Below, one piece after another: positions 27,734 to 39,793 of a stretch of DNA of 64,000 nt. The notes beneath the pieces are model-generated. The model did no database searches. It saw only the letters and a program-made list of their open reading frames with translations, and was not told where the DNA came from. The first letter of the stretch is position 1, and each line of letters starts with the position of its first letter. Position numbers and translations under genes: made by a program. Source of the DNA: Syncephalis fuscata S228 (Eukaryota > Fungi > Zoopagomycota); NCBI GenBank assembly GCA_025786725.1, contig JAHLTZ010000001.1, positions 186,001 through 250,000 on the forward strand, given 5' to 3'.

Positions 27734-29051
27734 CTAGTAGCCACCATGGTTGTAGCCGTGTTGTGGTGGCGGTGGTGGTGGCTGTGCTGGGTACGATTGG
27801 CCATAGCCCTCGGCACTTGGTGCAGCACCATAATGCGGCTGGTCATAGGCGACGTTATGCTCGTTGCCGTAGACGGCTGGCTGGTCGTAGCCGTGATTAT
27901 TGCCGACGCTATGCATTGGATAGCTGTAGCCGCTTTGATGCTTTGTGGGTCCATAGGCAAATTCCTCCTCGTCCACCACGTCTTTTACTTCCCAAACATT
28001 CTGTTTACCGCCAACCGAGAATTCCAGATCCTCTTTGGTGATAGAGTCCCAGTATTTGTAGACAAACATCACTGTTAGTAGGACGGAGCATGCGCCGAAG
28101 AATGTGCCGTCCAGATAGTGCTTGGAGCCATTGCAAATGGTATTGCTAATGCCAATGGTAATGATTTGGCCAATGGCAAAGAACACAATGCCAAATGTGA
28201 TATCACCAAGTGGCCAGCGGTCACGCAATGTCTTGAACACCAAGAAGATTTGTGATACAACATAGACCAAGATGCAAATGCCAGTGAATACATACATCAT
28301 CACCCAAAGCAAAATGGGATTGCTTTGTTTAAAGCCGGCTATGTTATCAAAGGTAGCAAACGCTACAAAGGCCGAGAATAAGCCAATCACAAATGAAGAA
28401 ATACGAACGCCCCAGATAGACAAACGGGTACCATCCTCCATGAACTGGAAACTGATAAAGCCGTTAAGCATTAAGCACCAGAAACAAGCAACAACAACGC
28501 CAAAATCGACGGCTACAAAGTACTGTGGCATATTTAGACAGGTGTAATTAAACAATCAGCGTCAACTTACGCGATAGCCTTCCCATGCAATAGGAATAAT
28601 ATTAGAAACAAGCAGCATCGATAGTATTGTATCCAATAGGAAAAGATAGAAGAACGTGACCATTTCCTTGCGACCTGGTGTGTAGGTAACCATTGAATGG
28701 TTGGTTAATAGAGGTCAACGATTGAATATGACACTGTCAATTGTGCCAAGACTTACCGACAGCCGTATATTTCGAGCTGATATGGAAGATCATAATGCCG
28801 CACATGAAAATGGTGACAACACGAATAAACAAAGTAGCTATTATAGCAAGTGTATTAGTTGTCGGTGTTTATTGCCATTGCGCACAATAAGCAGACTTAC
28901 CCGGTTGGAAGATAAGCACATTGGTCTTCATAACTTCCAAGTTACGTGCGTAGCATGTTGGCTGAAGTCCCACGCCGCTAACTTCGCCTAGCAGTGGACA
29001 TACTGTAAGTGCGTTCTGGGCGCATATCCCATCAAATTGGCCAAACTTCAT
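27734..29051 (-). CDS. CHS7: Chitin synthase export chaperone, paralog 1
   Basis: [85 protein letters not shown]. Three introns and a Y/G/P/Q/H-rich tail. Confidence 0.95.
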
Positions 29052-30340
29052 GGTACTTAAGAGGTGTGTGTGTGTGTGTGCTTATGTGTCTAGATGCAGA
29101 ACAGCACTATCAATTACCACAGTGATTGGTTAGTTAGTTGACAAAAACTAGAAAGAAATGCAATGCAAAGAATTCACGTTCAAGGAGATGATGAAGAGGA
29201 GTAAAGTAGTTTGTGTAGTGTGTGTTTAGATATTTGTGTTGTCTTGCAACAGCAGTACACTGACAGAGATAAAACAGTGATATGAAGTCTCGAATGCCGA
29301 ACAAAAAACAAACAGAAATAAATGGATTTCTGTTTGCGGTGGTGTGCGTGCGTGTGCGTATGGTGGATTAAAAAGAATACCAAATAGGAAGAGAAAAGTA
29401 AAGGCTGTGCCAGAACGACAAGACCAGATGGTATAGATGCAAAGAAAAGGGTATTGTGCAGAATGAAGCGAGATGATAACTGCAAACTCCTTACCGTAAA
29501 ATAGAAAGCGACCAAGTAACTCCCAAGGTCGAATACAACACAGAAGAAATAAAGATTTCCAAATACGAAGAACTAATGGTAATAATAGAGCGGTGATGAG
29601 AGTAAAGTGGTAATAATAGTCGTATTCTTTAGCTTCTAATTTGTGTGAGCGTGTATTTGTGTGCCACTCTGTGGACTTGTTAGTCGGAGTAGAGCGGATT
29701 TGAAAGTAAAGAAAAAAACTGACTTCCTTGCAGTCGATAGTTCAATATTAGTGGATGTGGGGAAGAAGAAGCGACAAAAACAACTAAGCTCGTCTCGTGC
29801 TGCCTATAGAAAGATGAAAGATAGCCGACGAGTAGGCAAACCGGCGTACATCGATGGTAGACCGATGCAATAAGAAATGCCTACCATCCACTCATGGCAA
29901 TCATAACTGGATAGAACGACATGTTATGCTTTGGCTAAAACCGGTATTTGAATTCTGCGATAAGAACTTTGCTGGCGGCAGTTCAATGAAAATAAATGAA
30001 ACACCCATAAATGTTGTATTGCATTAACAAGCCCATCTTAGTAAAATTAAAAATAACATTAATGTTTAAGATGTAATGATGTGACACCTGTAACCAGAAG
30101 ATAGCATGTGTTGCTGTTGTATATTAATTCTTTTACATTGATTAGCGTTATTTTGATGCTTTTTATAGTAGTCGAATAGTTTTTGTCGTGCTTTTTACAC
30201 TAATCTCATCTTATCCTATTTACTATTAGAACATACAAAATAAATTTACAAATTCTATTATCATCGATTATAATTAAATGTTTAATAAAAATACTTGTTA
30301 ATTTACCTATTGAACTAAGGTATTTTGCTGATGTTAATAA

Positions 30341-30735
30341 GTGGTAGAAATTGATGATCAGCGGCTGATAAAAGATGTGCACACAGCAGTGTAAAATCCA
30401 CGTAATATCTAAATAGATCATAAGCAAATAGGAGTAAGAGTACTTTAGAACATTTGCACCAAAATTATTTAATAAACTGATTACAAAACTATATTTCCTA
30501 CTATTGATATTAGCTAATCAATAAAATGTATACAGAATTAAACATAATAATCCTTAATGTATGATAGCTATTGCATATTCATTTGCAACTTAGATATTAA
30601 GCAAAATAAATACTGATCTGTTATTTATCTAACAGCTATGTTTATTAATGGATTGCCCAAGCGTTTGGTGTAACTTGTATAGTAATCTACAAGCATTGGA
30701 TTATATTTATACCTAAACTACCATTGCAATATAGC
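30341..30735 (+). mobile_element. Highly degenerate retroviral-type integrase relic (H2C2 zinc-binding plus start of rve core)
   Basis: Broken + strand translation: VVEIDDQRLIKDVH..., IGVR-STLEHLHQNY, LQNYISY(C)DI(C), LDI, YLTAM--FI(K)WIAQA, IGLYLYLNYHC. These are in the order expected for H..H.G..T..Y..C..C, D1 and YxLxAxDYFTKW. Confidence 0.45.
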
Positions 30736-30908
30736 ATTAATTTCAAATATTATTTAAAATCAGCGTATTATTTGACATCTTAAGGTGTGCTAGGCATAGG
30801 GGGTGTGCCAGGTTCAGAAAAAACGCCAAAAGTACCAAGTCTACCAGGAGTCTTAGGATGTTTAGGATGTTTAGGCTTTTGGCCAGGCCTTTTAGGTGTA
30901 CCAGGACG

Positions 30909-31709
30909 TCAAGGACGGCCGGCGCTGGAAGCTGAACTAAAAGGTGAACCGGATGGACGACCAGGAACACCAGGTTGACCAGGTTTATGAGGTTGACCAG
31001 GCTTATGAGGTTTATGAGGTTTATGAGGTTTATGAGGTTTATGAGGTTTATGAGGTTTACCAGGTACGCTGATGCTGGAAGTTGAAGAGGAAGATGAAGT
31101 GGGTGGACGACCAGGAACACCAGGTTGACCAGGTTTATGAGGTTTATGAGGTTGACCAGGCTTATGAGGTTTATGAGGTTTATGAGGTTTATGAGGTTTA
31201 TGAGATTGACCAGGTTTATGAGGTTTAGGCTTTTGGCCAGGTTTATGAGGCTTATGAGGTTTACCAGGTACGCTGATGCTGGAAGTTAAAGAGGAAGATG
31301 GAGCGGGTGGACGACCAGGAACACCAGGTATAGCAGGAATGCCAGGTATACCAGCTCTTGCACGAATATTAACTCCTCTTTTAATTAGAGGTCCACGACG
31401 ACCAGGTATAGCAGGAATGCCAGGTATAGCAGGAATGCCAGGTATAGCAGAAATGCCAGGTATAGCAGGAATGTCAGGTATAGTAGAAATGCCAGGTATA
31501 GCAGGAATGCCAGGTATAGCAGGAATGCCAGGTATAGCAGAAATGCCAGGTATAGCAGGAATGCCAGGTATACCAGCTCTTGCACGAATATTAACTCCTC
31601 TTTTAATTAGAGGTCCACGACGAACCACAACTGGTTCCGAATCAATTATAGCCATATTGGCTACAAAGATAACACCAATGGTGTAAATAGCAGCAGTAGT
31701 AAGCCTCAT
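30909..31709 (-). CDS. Putative secreted repeat protein: signal peptide, dibasic sites, (IPG/IPA)n and (KPH)n blocks
   Basis: Intronless ORF from MRLTTAAIYTIGVIFVANMAIIDS (hydrophobic N-terminus). It has a duplicated RRGPLIKRGVNIRARAGIPG module, 18-bp and 9-bp tandem repeats, and similar in-frame sequence continuing past the TGA to 30780. Confidence 0.75.
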   Translation of the reverse strand: MRLTTAAIYTIGVIFVANMAIIDSEPVVVRRGPLIKRGVNIRARAGIPGIPAIPGISAIPGIPAIPGIPAIPGISTIPDIPAIPGISAIPGIPAIPGIPAIPGRRGPLIKRGVNIRARAGIPGIPAIPGVPGRPPAPSSSLTSSISVPGKPHKPHKPGQKPKPHKPGQSHKPHKPHKPHKPHKPGQPHKPHKPGQPGVPGRPPTSSSSSTSSISVPGKPHKPHKPHKPHKPHKPHKPGQPHKPGQPGVPGRPSGSPFSSASSAGRP

Positions 31710-32895
31710 ATTATTAGTTATTAAATCGAATAGACAAATAGACAAAAAGTGGCAGTTTACAATAAGAAGTAGGCAATGACAATAAATTACTAACTTGATT
31801 TGTATGGGCATTGCACAGTATTTAAATATGCGATAATGGCAGACCGACATGTTGTATATTGTACAACCAATGCTACCTGAACGCAATTTGAATGATGAAA
31901 TAGGACCACACGATGATTTAGTATGCATACGTGGCTATACACCCACAATACCAGTTTATTTACCCAGCTGCATGCACGGGCATAGTTTGGCTTAGAACAG
32001 TGCATATCATTATAAGAAGCTATTTACTTACCTTTCAAATACACGCTTAAAATAACTATTAAAAAGATGATCCATTAGTTATTACTTATTGTTTTTATTA
32101 TATTTAATTTTATTTCATAAAAATAACAACATAACAGCAAAAGCAGTTTACTTCTCTGCTGCTCAGTCAACTCGTAAATGACCGTTTTGTCATTTTGCCA
32201 TACCAACGTGGCAACATGCATACAGATATGCTTCGACAATCTAACATGCATGTACTCGCTATGAAGCTACTTCAATTTGGCCAAACAGCACAATCATACG
32301 GTAAATATTCTCACTACTCCCAGTATTGCATTAACTTGTTTTTTGCGCAACGTTATCGTATTAACTCGTTTTTTACGTCTACAGTATTTGATAAACCAAC
32401 TTTATTGGTGAATTTGAATTTTATTTAAGAGAATTTTTAAAAACCTACCGTTTTTGATTTTGTTTACCAAAAATCCACCAATTTAAAAAAATCTACCACA
32501 ATGTCTACTGAACTATTTAAAGAAGCTATGTTTAACAATATCAAAAAATTGAATATTGCCGTTGACAAGCTTAGACTTGTTGGCAATTGCGATTTTAAGA
32601 GAAAAGAGCAATTCAGTAAAATTACACTTTATTTGTCCTCATAAAGACAATTTCAGCAGCAAATATTAGTAATTGGTTTATTAAAGAAGTGTATTACTAA
32701 ATCCTTGCAGCAAACTACATTATTATTTAAATAAATATTAACTTACAATTGCATCTAGTAAAAGAGTAGCCATAACAAGCTAGACATTTAATTTACTGGT
32801 TACACTAAAATACATAAAAATGAATCCATACTAATTGCGTATCAGCTTTGATATTATCGTTTTTCCGACTATCAACGTCATCACAACTTTTAAGA

Positions 32896-34607
32896 ATGCA
32901 AGTAATTACAGGACAGCAAGTATTACTTTCTGCCAACGATACACCAGGGCCACATACTATCGAAGTATGTAGTACCACGGGACGTATCATTGCCATACAC
33001 CCTCGACATGCTCTTCGGACCGACTATGCAAACCTTGACGCAAATGCATTTGTAGATGCGGCTGACCTGCTTGTCATGCCTGGCGTTGTTGATGCACACG
33101 TTCACGTGAATGAACCAGGACGCACGGCATGGGAGGGTTTTGAGACGGCAACGTATGCTGCTGCTGCTGGTAAGAATAGAGCTGGATAGTTTATCGGAGA
33201 ATTGGCGATTAATCGCAGTGTGAATCAATAGGCGGAGTGACCACGCTGGTTGACATGCCGTTAAACGCAATTCCACCGACAACAACGCCGCATCATTTCG
33301 CAACAAAGCTCGATGCAGCCAAGGAGCAATGCTGGATCGATGTAGGATTCTATGGTGGACTTGTACCTGATAATGCGGTAATATTACAAATAGCTGACAT
33401 CGTTGACACAGCAAGCTAATAATTTGCATTAGGACTCGCTTAAAGATCTAGTTAATCTAGGTGTGCGCGGTTTCAAATGCTTTATGATTGAAAGTGGCGT
33501 CGATGAATTCCCTATGGTTACTGAGTCAGATATTCGACGAGGACTTGAGCAGCTTCAGGTAAATAATAGAAAAGCAATACATTAGAGTATATAACAGTTT
33601 ATTGATTATAACGACAGGGAACAGACATAGTTATGATGTTCCATGCAGAAATGGAACATGAATCCGAACCGATCAGTGCTAGTGGTGATGAGACACATTA
33701 CAGCACATTCCTGGCAAGTCGACCCACTTCACTGGAGTGTCGAGCCATTGAAACGGTCATTCGTCTGTGTCGTGAATTTAAAACTGTAAAATGCCACATT
33801 GTTCATTTATCGGCAGCTGATGCTTTGCCGATGATTCGTGCAGCCAAGAAAGAAGGCTTGCCATTGACGGTTGAGACATGCTTTCACTATCTAACATTGA
33901 GTGCCGAGCAGATTCCCACAGGTAAATTGGTAAATAATATTATCTATATGACTGTATTAACATGAATAGGCGCAACGCAATTCAAGTGCTGCCCACCTAT
34001 TCGCGATGACACCAATCGTCAGTTGTTATGGGAAGCATTGGCTGATGGCACCATTGATTTTGTTGTATCCGATCATTCACCGTGTGTAGCTGAGTTGAAA
34101 CGACTTGATCAAGGCGATTTTATGAAGGCGTGGGGTGGCATTGCCTCACTTCAATTCGGCCTTCCTTTGCTCTGGACCGAGGCATTAAAGCGTGGCCATA
34201 GGTAGGCAGTTTAGTTGTGCTGAATAAGCCATTGCTAATAACAGTTATGGCTTATAGTGTACAAGATCTAGTACGTTGGCTATCAACCCATACGGCAAAG
34301 CATGCAAGTCTATTCAATCGTAAAGGATCACTTGCAGTTGGTAAAGATGCCGATATTGTTATTTGGGATCCAAAGAGTAAATTTACGGTAAATTATTATT
34401 CAATATATTTTATTATTAATGTTGACTGATTTATGTTGTGTATAGATAACTCAAGATACGATTCGTTTTAAAAATAAGGTGACACCCTATATGAATCAAT
34501 CTCTGAATGGCCGTATTCATCGCACGATAGTTCGAGGAAAAACCGTATATTTAAATAATGATAGTAATGAGGCAGTGGCCAAACGTATTGGTATGTTATT
34601 GGTGTAA
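32896..34607 (+). CDS. DAL1: Allantoinase (amidohydrolase superfamily)
   Basis: [97 protein letters not shown]. The exact start is uncertain. Confidence 0.95.
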
Positions 34608-34629
34608 GGAATCTATTACATAAACTGTG

Positions 34630-35623
34630 TCAAGAAAGATCAGCTACAAAGCAGCCAGTTTTTTCAATAAATTCACCGACTGCCATAGCATTTTTCCAAT
34701 CTACATCACCTGCACCCAAGTAAAATACAGGAGGCTAGTATGCCATCATGAGTGTTTATATAGTTGATACTTCATTCCAAACTTACTGCTAATTGACAAA
34801 TACTCTGACTAATAATGATCGGTAGCAATGTAGTTGTGCCTATCGATAGTTTTGATTAGATTGAACTTTATGTTATGTCATTCACTCACCAATAGGCGAT
34901 ACGCCATTTTTATCAAATCCAGTTAGTTTAAACGACATTTCTGCATCGGCCAATCTGAAATTATAGTATTGGCGACTGATTTCTTTGTTTTTTAATGATC
35001 GCACGTAATTCATTAATTTTTGTGTATTTACGGAGGCTACATACTAAACTTTGCCAATTAGCTAGTCTGAATAGTGCCAATACAGCCATTACTTTTACCT
35101 GAGTAATAACGCAATAGTAACGAGAATTTAAGAAATCTAAGTTTAAAATTAGTATTGCTATATTATACAATCTATATTAATCTTACCACTTGTATCCAAC
35201 ACGGTACAGCGTGTGTTTTCAAACACAACCGTTTTGCATAAGTGACGTATTGATGGCGCTACTAATTGCGCACTATAAATAAACACAATTAACATACAAG
35301 ATGCATTTTAATGGCGTACTTACACTCGTTCTTGAAGTGTCCAGTCATAATAATTGGATGGTACTTTATAGAAACGAGCGTGGAGGCCAAGTCGTTGAAT
35401 TGCCTGCCATACCTACATATTCAATAAGCTACTAGTTACTAGAACATAAATAAGTAATTACAGTTTGCACAGTATCTGGTGCGTCGTTTTGTAGTTGTTC
35501 TGTAGAAGCTAGCTCTTTAAAATGCACCATATACACGTCTTGTATACATTGTGTAGCATAGAGTTCTGCCACTATCTCGGTTAACCGCTGGACACGGCGA
35601 CTAATATCAGTAGTATTACTCAT
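34630..35623 (-). CDS. YbaK/aminoacyl-tRNA-synthetase-associated (trans-editing-like) domain protein
   Basis: Spliced exons give FYKVPSNYYDWTLQER, LVAPSIRHLCKTVVFENT, NSRYYCVITQ, NFRLADAEMSFKLTGFDKNGVSPIG and FYLGAGDVDWK...FVADLS. Confidence 0.75.
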
Positions 35624-35831
35624 TATTATAGAAAAAGAAATACGTAAAAAGTGTTTAAAATTTTATTAGCTATTATTAGTGTCGATGTAAATATTTAATA
35701 GGTGGATTACAAAATCTGATATTTACGGTGGCTCAATGATTGTGGTGTAGTTACACTAATTAAAATAAAGAAAAAGAAAAAAAACTTTTATTCGCTGTTC
35801 TTTCACACTTGCCTGCTTTACACTAAATAAC

Positions 35832-38277
35832 ATGGGGAAATTCAAGAAAGAATCAAGCCGAGTGTCGCGCGACACGTCCGATCGCCCGGGCAATACCCGG
35901 CTAAAGGGCGAGAACTTTTATCATGACAAGAAGAAGGTGCAGTATTTGAATATGCTACGCGGTGGCCGTGCCGTACGTGATCGTGATGGCAATATTGTCA
36001 AAGCGGCCGCCTTCCAAAGCACCGAGGCACCTGTAGCACGCGTGGCACCCAACCGTAAATGGTTTGGTAAGTAAAATGTTTCATATACTAAAGTGCATGG
36101 TATATTAATATTGAATACTGTTAGGTAATACTCGAGTTATCGGCCAAAAAGAATTGCAATCATTTCGGGAAAAGCTTGGTGATGCTGTTAATGATCCATA
36201 CCAAGTATTACTGCGCCGTAACAAATTGCCAATGGGCTTGCTTCAAGATGCTAAATCGGTAATAATATAACATTGAATAGTATCTAATAGCTATGTATTA
36301 AACACGTATCTATTATTACGCTATTGTACCATTTAACTATTTAGGAGGCTCGTGTTCATGTTTTAGAGACGGAAAGTTTCTCACATACATTTGGACCAAA
36401 GTCACAGCGTAAACGTCCTAAAGTACTTGCCGCTTCGATGGACGAGCTTTTAACGTCAGCTGATGATTTAATTGGTAGGTTAAGGACATAACAAATAGCG
36501 TAATTATTGATTAACATATTAATTACTACCACATAGAAACCTATGATCAGACTAAAGATAACGACCTTGTTGCTAATAACATCTTTGATCATTTGGATTT
36601 GGCACGTGAATCGGTATTTCTTAAGGGACAGTCTAAGCGTATTTGGGGCGAACTCTACAAGGTTATTGATTCATCGGATGTTGTTGTGCATGTACTCGAT
36701 GCGCGTGACCCACTTGGTACACGTTGTCGCAATGTGGAGACTTATTTAAGCAAAGAAGCTCAGCATAAACATCTTATATTTGTATTAAACAAATGTGATT
36801 TAGTGCCAACCTGGGTAACCGTAAGTTGGATAACTTTCATAATAGTCATTATCTTACATACAGTTATTCTATTAAATAGGCACGATGGGTTAAAGTACTG
36901 TCAAGGGACTATCCTACACTGGCCTTCCATGCTTCAATCAACAATTCATTTGGCAAAGGTGCACTGATCCAGCTACTACGACAATTTGGTAAACTTCATG
37001 CCGATAAGAAGCAAATCAGTGTTGGCTTTATTGGTTATCCAAATACTGGTAAAAGCTCAATTATCAATACATTGCGTAAAAAACGTGTATGCTCTGTGGC
37101 ACCTATTCCAGGCGAGACAAAAGTATGGCAATACATTACGCTAATGCGTCGTCTCTATCTTATTGACTGTCCGGGCGTTGTCTATCCTGACCCAAAGGAT
37201 ACTGAAGCAGATATTGTTTTGAAGGGCGTTGTAAGTGTTTGAGCTTTATAACGATATATCTATTGATTATTGTTGAATAGGTACGTGTGGAGAACGTAAA
37301 AAATCCAGAAGATTATGTCGCACCTATGCTTGAACGTGTTCGACCCGAGTATATACGTCGTACCTACGATATACGTTCATGGACGGATCACGAAGATTTT
37401 CTATCTAAATTGGCCAAGAAAAGTGGCAAATTATTAAAGGTAGCTAACTAGATGGATAGATAGTATATGCAACTAAATGTTTATTTGTATAATAGGGAGG
37501 TGATCCAGATCTTAGTACAGTAGCCAAAATGGTATTAAACGACTGGCTACGTGGCAAAATTCCATTCTACACTGCTCCACCAGAAGATGAAAAGCCAGCA
37601 AGTACTGAAGTAGAGCAGCAAGAGCAATCAACATTAGAAACAGCTGATATGGAAATTACAGTTGAAAAGGTAATCATTTAATATGGTTTATAGATTATAT
37701 ACTAATAAGTGGATATGTATAGGGCAAGATTGGTGTGGAGCAACTGTTCCGTAAAATCCAAGTAACATCTACTTTCTTGCCAGAAGATATGAAGCGAGAG
37801 GATGTTGAGAAGGAAGAAGAAGCCAAAGAGAAGATGGCCAAGGAAATGAAGCAAGCTCGTGAACAAAACAAGACTGCAGCCAAGATAGCAGCTGTAGAGA
37901 AAGAGGCTGATAACGACGACGACGACGATGATATTCCTGATTGGGATGAAGTATTTGGCAGTGTAGTAGGCGAAGAAGTGGCAACACTCGGTGGAGTACC
38001 TGAACCATCTAACGATAGTTCAGAAGAGGAGGAGGAAGAAGATAACGATGAAGCAATGGAAGAAGACGACGACGAAGAAGACGGTAAACGACGCAAGACG
38101 GTAAAAGCACCGCGTATGACCACGAATAAGCAAAAGGTTGGCAAAAACTATTATGATACAGCCAATGTAAAGAACCGTAATCGTGATAAGAAGCGACCAG
38201 AAGATCCAAATAAATTGGCCAAGCGTCTAAAAGCGACCAGTGTTAGTGCTGAAGGCAAACAAAAGCGTCGTCGTTAG
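35832..38277 (+). CDS. NOG2: Nucleolar GTP-binding protein 2 (circularly permuted GTPase)
   Basis: LKGENFYHD..., [61 protein letters not shown], and an acidic tail ending [17 protein letters not shown]. Confidence 0.97.
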
Positions 38278-38483
38278 AATTATTCGTTCATTTAATTATA
38301 ATTAAATCATTAAAGATTTTTATTTTTATCACTTTTATTTTATTTTTTAGCCAATTACGTTAATTGGCGTTTAAACAAACTGCTATCAGTGATTTGAACG
38401 TAGCATTATTGAGTTGCTTGTTTAAGAGCTTCTATTACTTAACGGCTATTTTCTGTTTTTTATTGATCTATACATTGGTCAAA

Positions 38484-39491
38484 ATGAGTAAACATCTTAT
38501 TGCTATGACGCAGGAATCGCTGTCGATGCTTAAGCGCGAGAGCCAACACAGTAAGTATATACACTATTTATTATCTAGCTGGTTATCTATAACATTTATA
38601 ATATATATAGTGTGGGATATGGATGTGGTGAAGCGTGTGCCTGAACAGCTGCTATTTCAATTTAGCAATGAAGTAGACTTGAAGAACTGGATTGTAGGCA
38701 GCGATAAAGATATTGGCGGTGAGTTGTTTATTGATGGCAATATAGAGCAATTTCTGTTTATTTATCATGAAAACTAGGATATTCATCGGCAATGTTTGAC
38801 TGCACTAATGATGGTAAAGCACGATTCCATGGTAATATATCATTGCAATTGCCGGAAAAGCGTAAAGATTTTATTCGAAGTGGCTATGCGGCCATTAGAT
38901 CCAAGGTAGACTATTACGCGTATGCTATTCATTATAGCATTGCTAACTAATAGATTTACAACTGTATATTGTATAGGAAGCACGCCATACACTATTGGGA
39001 TCTGGTTTCTGGGATACAGGCATATTTCGCTTTCTAGCACTACGTGTACGAGGTGATCATCGTCGTTATATGGTTAATATACAAACCGATGGTATTATAA
39101 AGTCGGATCTTTTCCAACATCGGCTTTTTCTACGCCGACCTGGTCATTGGGAGAATATTATTGTAAGTAACTGTGTATATGTATATAGCTATTTAGTAAC
39201 AACAAATATTGAATCGACTAGATTGGTTTCCGTGATTTTACTCAAACAAATAATGGCCTTATTCTACCAGAACAAATGCAAATGCTACGTGAACGCGTAA
39301 GAACCATTGGATTCTCAGTTATGGATGGACAAGAAGGACCATTCTCATTGGAGATTGATTCAATTAGAATGATGAATACAGAAGATACAGATGGTGATGT
39401 CGATATTCAGCCAGATGTTTTAGATACATCAACAGACTATACTGCATCGACTAACAGTAATAATAGTAATAGTAATAGTAACCATTTGTAA
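38484..39491 (+). CDS. CIA30: Complex I intermediate-associated protein 30 (NDUFAF1)
   Basis: WIVGSDKDIGGYS, FHGNISLQLP, RSGYAAIRS, LALRVRGDHRRYMVNIQTD, DLFQHRLF, IGFS..DGQEGPFSLEIDSI. Confidence 0.9.
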
Positions 39492-39793
39492 TCATTTGCG
39501 TATTAAAAATAAATCAATATACACATAAACACACATTATATAATAATAGAGCAATGTAGCAATATACTAGTAATTATCTCCATTGGTAAATGCCCGTATG
39601 TTTATTCACGGACTAGATCAAACAAATAAAAACCGTTGGAACCACCTCCATACAATTTTCCTTTTAACTTGATCCTACAAATAAGTAGTGTGTATCCATC
39701 GACAAGTGTGTTTATAGATGTTATAGATCAAGATCCATGAATCTACAACCCAAGACTGTGGTGAATGCAGAATGCAAGCATACACGCACGCAT

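Noticed and set aside
30960-31620. Tandem repeats as a CRISPR-like array
   Set aside because: There are no unique spacers, unit lengths are multiples of three within an ORF, and the context is eukaryotic.
30743-31686. ORFs with (LIN)n, (YLAFLL)n and (GIAGMP)n repeats
   Set aside because: They are alternative frames or the antisense strand of the same 9-bp and 18-bp tandem repeats. Only the frame with the signal-like N-terminus is coherent.
32010-32650. Further AAGAAGCTA motifs (~32014, ~32520) and a 47-codon ORF at 32501 as another element
   Set aside because: The adjacent sequence does not match the repeat family or Fanzor motifs, and the ORF has no recognisable features.
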